IMG/VR virus record: IMGVR_UViG_3300037455_000467
Location: 16,425-80,424 of that record
DNA: 64,000 nt
DNA from: a virus
Lineage: Duplodnaviria > Caudoviricetes
Reading direction: 5' to 3' (one strand)
Under the pieces are notes generated by a model that saw only the letters and a program-made list of their open reading frames with translations, made no database searches and was not told where the DNA came from. The first letter of the stretch is position 1, and every line of letters begins with the position of its first letter. This document shows, one piece after another, positions 46,306 to 55,227 of this stretch. The translations under genes were made by a program, and so were the position numbers.

Positions 46306-49300
46306 TTATCTTACTCCTCTTTCAGCCATAGCATACTCAGTACCAAGTGCTTGATTTATTTGAGGAGTTATCTCTCCAACCAATGTGCCAGTATCAAGAA
46401 CTAACTGAAGTTGACTAATAACATTAATTCCTTGATTTATAAGCTCTTGTATTGATGCATTTGCATGTTGATTTTGCTCAATAATCTCTTCGTAACCAGC
46501 TCTTACAGTTTCAGTTAATGATTGTATGGCCATATGTTGCTGATTATTAAATTCTTCAAAATTAACATTAATACTTCTTGTAATAACAGCATCCAATTCT
46601 TCTGTGTGCATTCCATTTTGAACTTCGCTAAGATCAAGTACTGGAGTAACCGTTGGTGCAAATTCAGCTTCATCAACTCCAGACATAGCATCAAGCGCTG
46701 CAGTAGCAACACCTCCAGCAGATTCTGCAACATCACTTTTAAGAGAATCAATACCATCAATATATCCTTGAGCCGTATTCAAACCCTGCTCAAATGTCTT
46801 TTTAGATGGCGAATGCTGATCCGTTGTTTGAGTAATAGCATCGAGTGCATCCTGTGCAATACCACAAGCAGCTTCCCAAAGACTTGCACCCAATGAACCA
46901 ACACCATTTATAAATCCTTGAACAAGATTTGCACCAGCATCAAAAATACCATCAATAAATTCTTGTGCACTAAAGTTGTCAATGAAATCATTAAGAAGAT
47001 TTGAGCCTGCTTCAACAACTCTACCAATACCATCAATAATAGCATCAACTATTGCTGTAATAAGATGACCTATTGCATCAAATAATGCATCATGATTATC
47101 TTCGATAGCCTGAGCAAGTCCTTCGATCCAAGAAATGATCAATTTGAATGCTGAATCAACTAATTCAGGCATTTTTTCAGCAAGACCATCCATAAATGCA
47201 ACTGCAATATTAATAGCAGATTTAGTAATTTCGCCAATATTATCAGCCACTGCTTGTAAGAAGCCTTGAATAATTTTAAGAGCTGCATCGGCCATTTGAG
47301 GGATAAATTCAGCAAGACTCTTTAAACACTCAGTAATAAGCGATAACAACGTGGTAACAATATTTGGAATAGCTGTATTAATAGTTTCTAATACAGTATT
47401 AAGAAGTGTTATTAATGTTTCTCCAATTAATGGAGCATTAGTATTTATAGCTTCAAGAATTGCTTGTAAGCATGTAGATATAGTTTGAACTATTTGCGGG
47501 AAATTGTCTGATACAAAGCTGCAAATTTCTTGCAATAAAGTAGATAAGATACTAAATATTTCTGGTATCTGCTCACGTATAAATTCCCATAAACTACTAA
47601 AAACAGTTCCAAGAGTATCAAAGAACTGTGGTGCAAGATTTCCAATAGTTTCAAATAAATTACTAAGTAATGACTCAACAAAATCAAATAATTTTGGAAG
47701 TAGATCAACTGTAACCAAATCAAGTAATGTTGATGCTAAATTTACCAACGATGAAGCAATATCACCAAGTCTATCAGCTAAAGTTGTTATAAAATTAGCA
47801 AGACCATCAGCAAGTTCAGTAGCAACTCGTGGAATAAATGTAATTAGTTGCTCTAAGAACCATAACAATAATACACCATCAGCACTAATTGCAGCTCCAA
47901 GTACAGCCAAACCAGAGCCAAATGCTAGCATACCAACACCAACAAGTGCTACAGCTGCACCAACTAATGTCATTGTTCCAGCCATTTCTGGAGTAAATAC
48001 CGCAGCAGCAACGCCCATAACCGTTAAAGCACCAGCTATTGCTACTAAACCGGTACCAATTTCTGGAAGACTTAAGCCACTAAGCATTAATAATGCGCCC
48101 GCTAATGGAACCATAGCCGATGACATTGCAAGAATGCCAACACCAGTAGCAACCATATCTACACCACTTGTGAGTTTGCAGACTGCTACAAATGCCGCTA
48201 ATGGAGCACAAAGACCTAATAATGCAGTGCCAATTTGCGGAAGTGATAAATCGGCAACCATTGTTATAGCTTGAGCTATTGCAATCAAACCAATAGACAT
48301 CATCAACATTGATTCGCCAGCAGCAACCATTGCATCATTACCGACATTTTCATCAAGAATTATTACAGCAGCAACCATTGCGCCAAGACCACCTGCAACA
48401 CCAATTAGTCCTTGAATCATGTTTTCAAATGGAATGCTACCAAGTTTCTCAACAGCTTCTGCTAGCATCTTTACGCCAGCTGCAATTTGAATAATAGCTG
48501 CACCAGTTTCAAATTTAATAGGATGTTGACTCAACTCATAAGCAACACCAGTTAAAGCAGCCATCAATGCTATAGTACCCATTAAACCTTGAGCAAAGCT
48601 ATTCCACTCCATGTCACCAAGAGTCTTAACTGGAATAACAAGTAAGTCTAGTGCAATTGAGAATGCAATTAATGCTGTCGCACCTTTTGCTAAATCTTTA
48701 TCAAAGTTGGAAAATTGCTCTGCTACTTGTACGAGAGATTCCATAAGCACTAATACACCTATCAAACCTCGTACCATATCCTCAGCATCCATACTACCTA
48801 TAATAAATATAGCACCAGCTAGCTCAAGGACAGCATTACCAAGAGTTTGCATTGCTGCAGCAGCTCCGAGTAATGTAGCAGTATCTGATGTACTAAAATT
48901 AGATATTTCAGCTAATAATCTTTTAATAAGTTCGAACAATGCAGCTATTGCACCAAGAGCACTAGCAAGAGACGTACCATCAATCATTGCTAACACAAAT
49001 ACTGCACCAGCAATCTCAAGTAATGCAGTAGCAATTTGCTTGATTGAGTCAACTTTAATTCGTTCTGCTAAATTACTAAAAGTATCAGCAATGGCTTCAC
49101 CAATTGATGTAATAGTATCAATTATCTGTGAGCCACCACTAGCCATGTTAAACAGATTTTTAAGGAACTCTATAAGTTTCTTTACAGCAAATACAATTCC
49201 CCCACTAGTAAGAATCTTACCAGCATCTAAATTTCCATTGTCATCAGAAAATAACTGCTTAATATTATCAATGAGTCCCTTAAGTTTCTTGCCAAGTGCA

Positions 49301-52089
49301 TCCAAGAAACTAATATCTTCATCACCAACCATAGCGTGTTTCAAACCGTCTAAAAATCCAGTAATGGATTCCTTTAACCTATCAACTATGGCTAAGTCTT
49401 TAATATTAGCAACAAAATCTTTTATCTTGCCACCAAGAGTTTCAACTTTGTTACCAGTTTCTTCAGTATCATTACCAGAAACAAACCCTTTTAATTTATC
49501 ACTAAATTCTATAAGTTTATCTCCAGCAAGCTTTAAAGCGTCTCCAACTTTTTCAGAAGGAGGAAGTATTCCAGAAAGTTTATCAGCAAGTGTATCCCAT
49601 GCAGTAACGAATGCGCTTCCAAGAATCTCAGCAAGAGTTTTAATAACTGTAAATATACCTTCAAATAATCTCTGGATACCTTCCATAACTGGACCAGAAA
49701 TTATTAATTTCTCAGTAAAATCATGAATTCTATCAATTACTTGAACAATAAAATCAACACACTCACCAATAGCTGGTGCAAGAACACTAGCAAATGCAGC
49801 AGCAACTGGAGCAATAACAGCGCCTAAAGCCTCGAATAAGTTAACTATTGTATCAAGAACATTCGTTAATGCTTCAAACCTAGTTCCATCATCATTTGAA
49901 AGGACATCAACTATAGCGTCAAATATAGCTGAAATTCCAGAAAAATCAACATATTGATCAATAGTATCGAAGAATTGGGTTAATCCATTAGCCAAAGTTT
50001 GAAACATTTGGTCGATGCGATTGACATCTTCACTATGAGTAAATGTATTCCATGCCTGTGCAAATGTAGACATTTTATCGCCAAGTTTGCCCAGCATAGT
50101 AGCAATTGTTTCACCATCTGGAATTACATGATTGATTACATCACCAAGAGCTCTTAGTCCACTTGTAATGAGTTCAATTTTTGTCCAAATATTCTCTTCA
50201 AGAAGACCTTTTAAACCGCCAAAGAACTTCATAAGTCCTTCGCGGTTCTTAGTATCTTCTCCACTTGATGCAAAATTCTCTTTAAATGCTGTTCCAAAAT
50301 CTTTTATTAAATCTGTAAATTTTCCGAGCATATCTATTGCTGTATCCAAAGTACTAATGTTAAAAAATGATGAATGGAAAAAAGAATCAGCAATAGTAAT
50401 TATTCCGCTAAATACATCGCGAATACCATCATAAGCAGTTCGCATATTTGTAGCGAAATCGTTAAATGCATTTCTAATAGCCGTAAGTCTTGGCGTAGCA
50501 TTACCATCTGCATCAGTTAAAGAATCTTTAAAATTACGAGTAAATTCTTCAAATTTTCGACTTAATGCTATAAGTTGATCGCCAGTTATTGAAATATCAT
50601 TATCTGTACCTTTTCCAAGAAATGATTCATCCCATGCTTGACTAAGTTGTCTAACAATCTCAAACATTCCTTGAAAAGTATTACGCATTCCTTGAATAAC
50701 AAGTTCTCGACCACCCATTGCATCGGCAAGCATCTTTTGACCTTCAACAAGCTCACCAGTTTCAGCAATTATCAGTCGTCCTTGTTCATCATAAGAATAT
50801 GTAGCTTTAGACCAAGCCTCAAGAACTCCATTTCGTGCATCAGCAGACCTGCCAATGTACAAATTCATAATATCAGAAATCTCAGTCCAGAAAGCTTTTG
50901 CTTGCTCAAAGTCACCGAATATGTATTCCCAACTTTGAGTCCATCCAGACTGCATAGCTTCTTTAACAGTATCAAGCAACTGAGTGAAAGTCTTAACTTT
51001 AGTAGCAGCATTAGTAGCAGCTGTACCCATCTCCATGATATGATTTACTTGTTCTTCTGTAAATCCTTTATCATACCATTTTTGACGAACGTTAGCTTCC
51101 TCTTCTTGTGTTAATACATGCACTGCACTGGTTAATTCTTGAATCTGCTGTTCAGAATATCCACGAGCTCGCCACATTTGTTGCATACTTTCAAGCTGAG
51201 CTTGTGTATAACCTTCTGTACCAGCTGTGAATTTCTCAAGAGTGTTTGTAAGAACATCTGCAGAAAGCCATCCAGAACTTAATGACTCTCTAAATGTTGT
51301 TTCATTATTGATGAGATCTTGAAAATCTTCATCCATAACACCCATAGCTTTAGCAGTATCAATTAATTCATTCTGAAATAATTTACCGCCCATACCTGCA
51401 TTTACAACTGAATTCCAATCCTGCAATTTGACAGAACCAGATGCAATAGCCTGAGAAAGCTGATACATTGCTGTACTAGCTTGTTGACTATTTGACCCAG
51501 ACATTGCTGCCAAATTTGCAATACCCTGAATTGCAGTAGCAGCTGTATCAAGATCAACACCGGCAGCAGTAAATGTACCAATATTTCTAGTCATCTCGGT
51601 GAAATTATAAATCGTCATGTCAGCATAATGATTTAATTCATCGAGAACAGTATTAATTTTCTCAATTCGATCATGCTCAGAAGTTAAACCTTGATCTTTA
51701 AGAGCATCACCAGTATTTGCTAGAATTGTTTGAACTGAATTAATCTGAGTCTCGTACTCTTCAAGACCTGATTTAATTGGTGCAATTGTTACATTTTCAA
51801 TTAAACTTTTACCGACTTTTATAACACCGTCAGTAATATCCTCAAGAACACGTTTAGCAATAATTCCAAGAGCATCAAATTCATTCTTAACAGTGAAAAT
51901 ACCATCTTGCATGGCACTAAATGTAATGCCTTTAGCAGTATTTCCAATAGTCTGAAGACCATCAGTTGCTTTATCAAATTTTAATGCATTTTTGAGTTTA
52001 TCTATTGTAGAAAGACTTGTTCCGACATTTGATTCAAAATTAGAATTATCAAACATCAGCTTAACAACTCTACTATCAACTACACTCAT
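46306..52089 (-). CDS. tape measure protein
   Basis: 1927 aa, helical Ala/Gly-rich repeats, tape-measure N-terminal domain (ELNHYADMTIYNF, YQLSQA). Confidence 0.95.
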   Translation of the reverse strand: MSVVDSRVVKLMFDNSNFESNVGTSLSTIDKLKNALKFDKATDGLQTIGNTAKGITFSAMQDGIFTVKNEFDALGIIAKRVLEDITDGVIKVGKSLIENVTIAPIKSGLEEYETQINSVQTILANTGDALKDQGLTSEHDRIEKINTVLDELNHYADMTIYNFTEMTRNIGTFTAAGVDLDTAATAIQGIANLAAMSGSNSQQASTAMYQLSQAIASGSVKLQDWNSVVNAGMGGKLFQNELIDTAKAMGVMDEDFQDLINNETTFRESLSSGWLSADVLTNTLEKFTAGTEGYTQAQLESMQQMWRARGYSEQQIQELTSAVHVLTQEEEANVRQKWYDKGFTEEQVNHIMEMGTAATNAATKVKTFTQLLDTVKEAMQSGWTQSWEYIFGDFEQAKAFWTEISDIMNLYIGRSADARNGVLEAWSKATYSYDEQGRLIIAETGELVEGQKMLADAMGGRELVIQGMRNTFQGMFEIVRQLSQAWDESFLGKGTDNDISITGDQLIALSRKFEEFTRNFKDSLTDADGNATPRLTAIRNAFNDFATNMRTAYDGIRDVFSGIITIADSFFHSSFFNISTLDTAIDMLGKFTDLIKDFGTAFKENFASSGEDTKNREGLMKFFGGLKGLLEENIWTKIELITSGLRALGDVINHVIPDGETIATMLGKLGDKMSTFAQAWNTFTHSEDVNRIDQMFQTLANGLTQFFDTIDQYVDFSGISAIFDAIVDVLSNDDGTRFEALTNVLDTIVNLFEALGAVIAPVAAAFASVLAPAIGECVDFIVQVIDRIHDFTEKLIISGPVMEGIQRLFEGIFTVIKTLAEILGSAFVTAWDTLADKLSGILPPSEKVGDALKLAGDKLIEFSDKLKGFVSGNDTEETGNKVETLGGKIKDFVANIKDLAIVDRLKESITGFLDGLKHAMVGDEDISFLDALGKKLKGLIDNIKQLFSDDNGNLDAGKILTSGGIVFAVKKLIEFLKNLFNMASGGSQIIDTITSIGEAIADTFSNLAERIKVDSIKQIATALLEIAGAVFVLAMIDGTSLASALGAIAALFELIKRLLAEISNFSTSDTATLLGAAAAMQTLGNAVLELAGAIFIIGSMDAEDMVRGLIGVLVLMESLVQVAEQFSNFDKDLAKGATALIAFSIALDLLVIPVKTLGDMEWNSFAQGLMGTIALMAALTGVAYELSQHPIKFETGAAIIQIAAGVKMLAEAVEKLGSIPFENMIQGLIGVAGGLGAMVAAVIILDENVGNDAMVAAGESMLMMSIGLIAIAQAITMVADLSLPQIGTALLGLCAPLAAFVAVCKLTSGVDMVATGVGILAMSSAMVPLAGALLMLSGLSLPEIGTGLVAIAGALTVMGVAAAVFTPEMAGTMTLVGAAVALVGVGMLAFGSGLAVLGAAISADGVLLLWFLEQLITFIPRVATELADGLANFITTLADRLGDIASSLVNLASTLLDLVTVDLLPKLFDFVESLLSNLFETIGNLAPQFFDTLGTVFSSLWEFIREQIPEIFSILSTLLQEICSFVSDNFPQIVQTISTCLQAILEAINTNAPLIGETLITLLNTVLETINTAIPNIVTTLLSLITECLKSLAEFIPQMADAALKIIQGFLQAVADNIGEITKSAINIAVAFMDGLAEKMPELVDSAFKLIISWIEGLAQAIEDNHDALFDAIGHLITAIVDAIIDGIGRVVEAGSNLLNDFIDNFSAQEFIDGIFDAGANLVQGFINGVGSLGASLWEAACGIAQDALDAITQTTDQHSPSKKTFEQGLNTAQGYIDGIDSLKSDVAESAGGVATAALDAMSGVDEAEFAPTVTPVLDLSEVQNGMHTEELDAVITRSINVNFEEFNNQQHMAIQSLTETVRAGYEEIIEQNQHANASIQELINQGINVISQLQLVLDTGTLVGEITPQINQALGTEYAMAERGVR

Positions 52090-52478
52090 TTATCGGTTAC
52101 CTCCTCCCACAATTCCTCAGTGAATTCATCAGAAACAGCTTTTAATGCTGGATTAATATAATCTTCTCCAGGTACATAACCGCCTTGACGAGTACCATAA
52201 CCATACTCAAGACCTAATGCAACATTAAAGCCACTAATTTCATTATCATTAAACCAGTTAATAACATCCTGGCCATTCTTATACTTAATAAGTTCATAGT
52301 CCCATAACTCGGATGTTAATCCAGTATCAAAAGGCGTTTCATCGGATAAATATCCGCAACCGATATCTCCGTATTTATTTAACAAAGCTTTAGCATCAAA
52401 CTTAGACATCTTTTTTAAATAATCAGATGTCTTTTTATACTCACCGCTTTGCTTTATTCGAATACCCATAAATATCAA
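52086..52478 (-). CDS. tail completion protein (HK97 gp10-like)
   Basis: TP.DTGLT..W, LEYGYGT..GGYVPG.DYINPA. Confidence 0.7.
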   Translation of the reverse strand: MIFMGIRIKQSGEYKKTSDYLKKMSKFDAKALLNKYGDIGCGYLSDETPFDTGLTSELWDYELIKYKNGQDVINWFNDNEISGFNVALGLEYGYGTRQGGYVPGEDYINPALKAVSDEFTEELWEEVTDK

Positions 52479-53023
52479 CCCTTCGTATGTAGTTTCTTCC
52501 TACGAGCTCGATTAAGTGCTCTATTCTGTGCAACCAAATCTGTTTTGTTCATCTTCTTAGGATTATTCTTAATGCTACATACTCTAATAAGGGTTATCAA
52601 TCTATTCAAATGCCATTTTTCACATTCAAATGGTATATTATATAATACCATCCAATAATATATAAGTTCAGAAGTAATAGTTTCACTTTTACCTTTTTTA
52701 GGAGTACTATCATAAATTTTAGTAGCAGTCATTGGTGATGAAATATACTTATTAATAGCTTTCATATTATCCATAGTGAGTGCTTGATAAACATCATCGT
52801 TAACATTATTATTTAACGTCATGCATTTTATATAATCAAGCATCTCAACTGCTGTATGAGAGTCTTCTTTCTTATCCACAATAAATGGCTTACACCACTT
52901 TGACTCCCATTTTGAAATAGAAAGGAGAGAATGCTCCAATTTCAAAGTTGTTTCTTTAGTTTGAATAAATTGCTGATTAGTTTCATCAAATAATTCAGCC
53001 GCTGGTACAACTATTTGAAGCAT
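52475..53023 (-). CDS. tail assembly chaperone
   Basis: position; LEHSLLSISKWESKW, WHLNRL. Confidence 0.65.
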   Translation of the reverse strand: MLQIVVPAAELFDETNQQFIQTKETTLKLEHSLLSISKWESKWCKPFIVDKKEDSHTAVEMLDYIKCMTLNNNVNDDVYQALTMDNMKAINKYISSPMTATKIYDSTPKKGKSETITSELIYYWMVLYNIPFECEKWHLNRLITLIRVCSIKNNPKKMNKTDLVAQNRALNRARRKKLHTKG

Positions 53024-53040
53024 TCTCTCCTCCTAACATT

Positions 53041-53472
53041 TTACGTTGTTGTATTTTTCATGGCCAGAAGCAAAGCACTCTTCGGATCATCACCAATATG
53101 TTCCTTTACACTAGACGGGATTATACCAGCAATAAACTCTGCAGCATAATCAGCATCCGTTGCAAGCTCCATGTAAAGGATATCAAAAGCGGGATTCTGC
53201 TCGAATGCTTCACGAACATCATCATTCTTAATAAACCGCTTTCCATCAGCAGATTTAACACCATACGACTGAAGAAGAATTTTCTTAATTGTAGAAATAA
53301 TCGTAGGCATATCATTAGACTTGATAAGGTCCGAAATAGAATCACTAAGACTTCCGCCAGGAACAACATTAAACTCTAGCTCAACAATTTCGACACGTGT
53401 TAGATTAAAATAGAAATCCTCAGTTCTAGTAGTGCCGTTCCAATCTTCATAAGTAATCGTCTTCTTGAGCAT
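53041..53472 (-). CDS. tail assembly chaperone
   Basis: directly after major tail; EDFYFNLT, YG.KSADGKRF. Confidence 0.7.
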   Translation of the reverse strand: MLKKTITYEDWNGTTRTEDFYFNLTRVEIVELEFNVVPGGSLSDSISDLIKSNDMPTIISTIKKILLQSYGVKSADGKRFIKNDDVREAFEQNPAFDILYMELATDADYAAEFIAGIIPSSVKEHIGDDPKSALLLAMKNTTT

Positions 53473-53512
53473 CTTTACATCTCCTTATTTAATACATTTT
53501 TAATTACATATT

Positions 53513-54178
53513 TTACGCCATAGTTGTAAGAATCTCAGCAGGCAATGGAAGCTTAGGCTCAGTATTAGCAGAGCCATAAAGAAGATTCTTGATAGCGGTC
53601 ATCTTAGCCTCAGTGGTCTTAGTAGAATCAATCGTCAGAAGAGCAGTCGGCTTAAAGCCGGAAACATCAACCGGCGTGGTAGAAACAGACCAACTAAAGC
53701 TAATAGCCTCAGGTGAGTCATTAACAGTAGCATAGCCACGATCAGAAGGAGAAGCAAAGCAGCCATAAGCAATATGAATCTTATAACCATAGTCATCAGA
53801 CTTCTGATCATTACCAATACGAGTACGATAGGAAAGACCAAACTGCTTACGAGCCTGCTGACGAATATTAACACCACTAACGAGCTCGCGAGTACCATCA
53901 CACTCCTCAAACTCTTCAGGATAGGTATACGCCTCAATAGTAAGAGACGCCTCCTCAGCAGAAATGAGGTTCAGATACTTAATATTGTCAGCCCAAAGAG
54001 CAGTAGGCTCACCGCCAGAAGAAGACTCACTAATGTTAGTAATTCCATTCCAAGCAACACCAGCCATATATGGATCAGTTGGATCAGTAATAGTATCCTT
54101 GAGGCGATACAGAACACAATGGTCTACGCCAGTTTCATAAATATGAGTTCCGACCTCGTCCCAAACAAGAGCGGCCAT
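53513..54178 (-). CDS. major tail protein
   Basis: YETGVD..VLY, GVAWNG, LWADNIKY, FGLSYRT, EAISFSW. Confidence 0.9.
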   Translation of the reverse strand: MAALVWDEVGTHIYETGVDHCVLYRLKDTITDPTDPYMAGVAWNGITNISESSSGGEPTALWADNIKYLNLISAEEASLTIEAYTYPEEFEECDGTRELVSGVNIRQQARKQFGLSYRTRIGNDQKSDDYGYKIHIAYGCFASPSDRGYATVNDSPEAISFSWSVSTTPVDVSGFKPTALLTIDSTKTTEAKMTAIKNLLYGSANTEPKLPLPAEILTTMA

Positions 54179-54187
54179 AATCCCTCC

Positions 54188-54502
54188 TTAATAATATAAC
54201 ACAAATGCATCATGATTTAAACTATCAACTGCATAAAAACGATTATAGGTACAATATGGCAAGTCCAATATTCTTTCCACCAAATCACTTTCAGGAGATC
54301 GGCCGATAAGGAGTATAGAATACTTGACTTTATTTATGTAGCGTTTATTGTCAGCATACTTTGTATCAATGTCATCTCTACCATAGATTATGCATGGATA
54401 CTGTAGTTTAATAGTTGGAGGTGGTTGAAAATATACATTATTGGATCCTAGGATGTTCAGGAGAATCTGGTGTAATTCCAGCCTTCGGTCCATTGTATAC
54501 AC
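54188..54502 (-). CDS. tail terminator/completion protein
   Basis: NVYFQPP...YPCIIY, D.LNH..F.LYY. Confidence 0.7.
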   Translation of the reverse strand: MYTMDRRLELHQILLNILGSNNVYFQPPPTIKLQYPCIIYGRDDIDTKYADNKRYINKVKYSILLIGRSPESDLVERILDLPYCTYNRFYAVDSLNHDAFVLYY

Positions 54503-54806
54503 CTCCTATACTAAGTATCATTCTCGGATACTCAACGTCTACGCTAGTAATTTCCCAGTAAGCATTGAGCCATTTTACATAACGAATAGTATTAAGATGA
54601 TTAGATAAGTAGGGGTCAATTATTATAGAAATTGTATTCGAGATATTTAAATTTTTATTTAATTGATCTCCAGATTCCCATCTACGATGATTTTTAACTA
54701 CTTGACCCCTATACATTCTTTCACTTGGAATTTCCTCCCAGATTCCAGAACCTTCAGGAGTCTCAATAGAATCAACAAACCCGACAGGACCATAGAATAC
54801 ACTCAT
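54438..54806 (-). CDS. head-tail joining (head closure) protein
   Basis: FYG.VGF, G.W.E, IIIDPY, IL.IGGVYNG. Confidence 0.7.
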   Translation of the reverse strand: MSVFYGPVGFVDSIETPEGSGIWEEIPSERMYRGQVVKNHRRWESGDQLNKNLNISNTISIIIDPYLSNHLNTIRYVKWLNAYWEITSVDVEYPRMILSIGGVYNGPKAGITPDSPEHPRIQ

Positions 54807-54832
54807 AATAATTGACCCCCTTCCATTTTGAA

Positions 54833-55227
54833 TTACTCAGTCTCTAACGTAAGACCAGAGAGATCGTACTTGTAAGTGGACGAGACCGTACCATCACTGA
54901 TGACAACAACGAACTTCTGGTTATCCTTATCAGTAACCTTCCATGCGCCATTCTTATCAGGATCGTCAATAATCTCGACTAAGCCGCCACCATGACTGGG
55001 TTCCATACCACACTTAACACTCGTGAAGTCAGTGAAGTCATTATCAGACCAGTCAAGGCACAGGAAGTTACCAGCACCCCAACGATCAGGCAATGCGCCC
55101 TCATCAACATACTTCAGAGTACCGGTAATGAGCCCATCCTCAATTTCGACATCTTCCTGAAGATCAGAAACAGTATGTCCAAAGATAACAGAGCTTGAAC
55201 TTATGGGCTTAACGTCAAGCTCGTCTA
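54833..55227 (-). CDS. putative -1 frameshift C-terminal extension of the major capsid protein
   Basis: open -1 frame across TCT TTT TAG; no SD/start after the capsid stop; capsid-like codon use. Confidence 0.65.

Noticed and set aside
47504-49726. 256-aa and 371-aa plus-strand ORFs
   Set aside because: Antisense shadows of the Ala/Gly-rich tape measure
53655-53670. GCCGGAAACA match to the TR 5' end as a second VR
   Set aside because: Similarity stops after ~10 nt and lies mid-gene in the major tail protein
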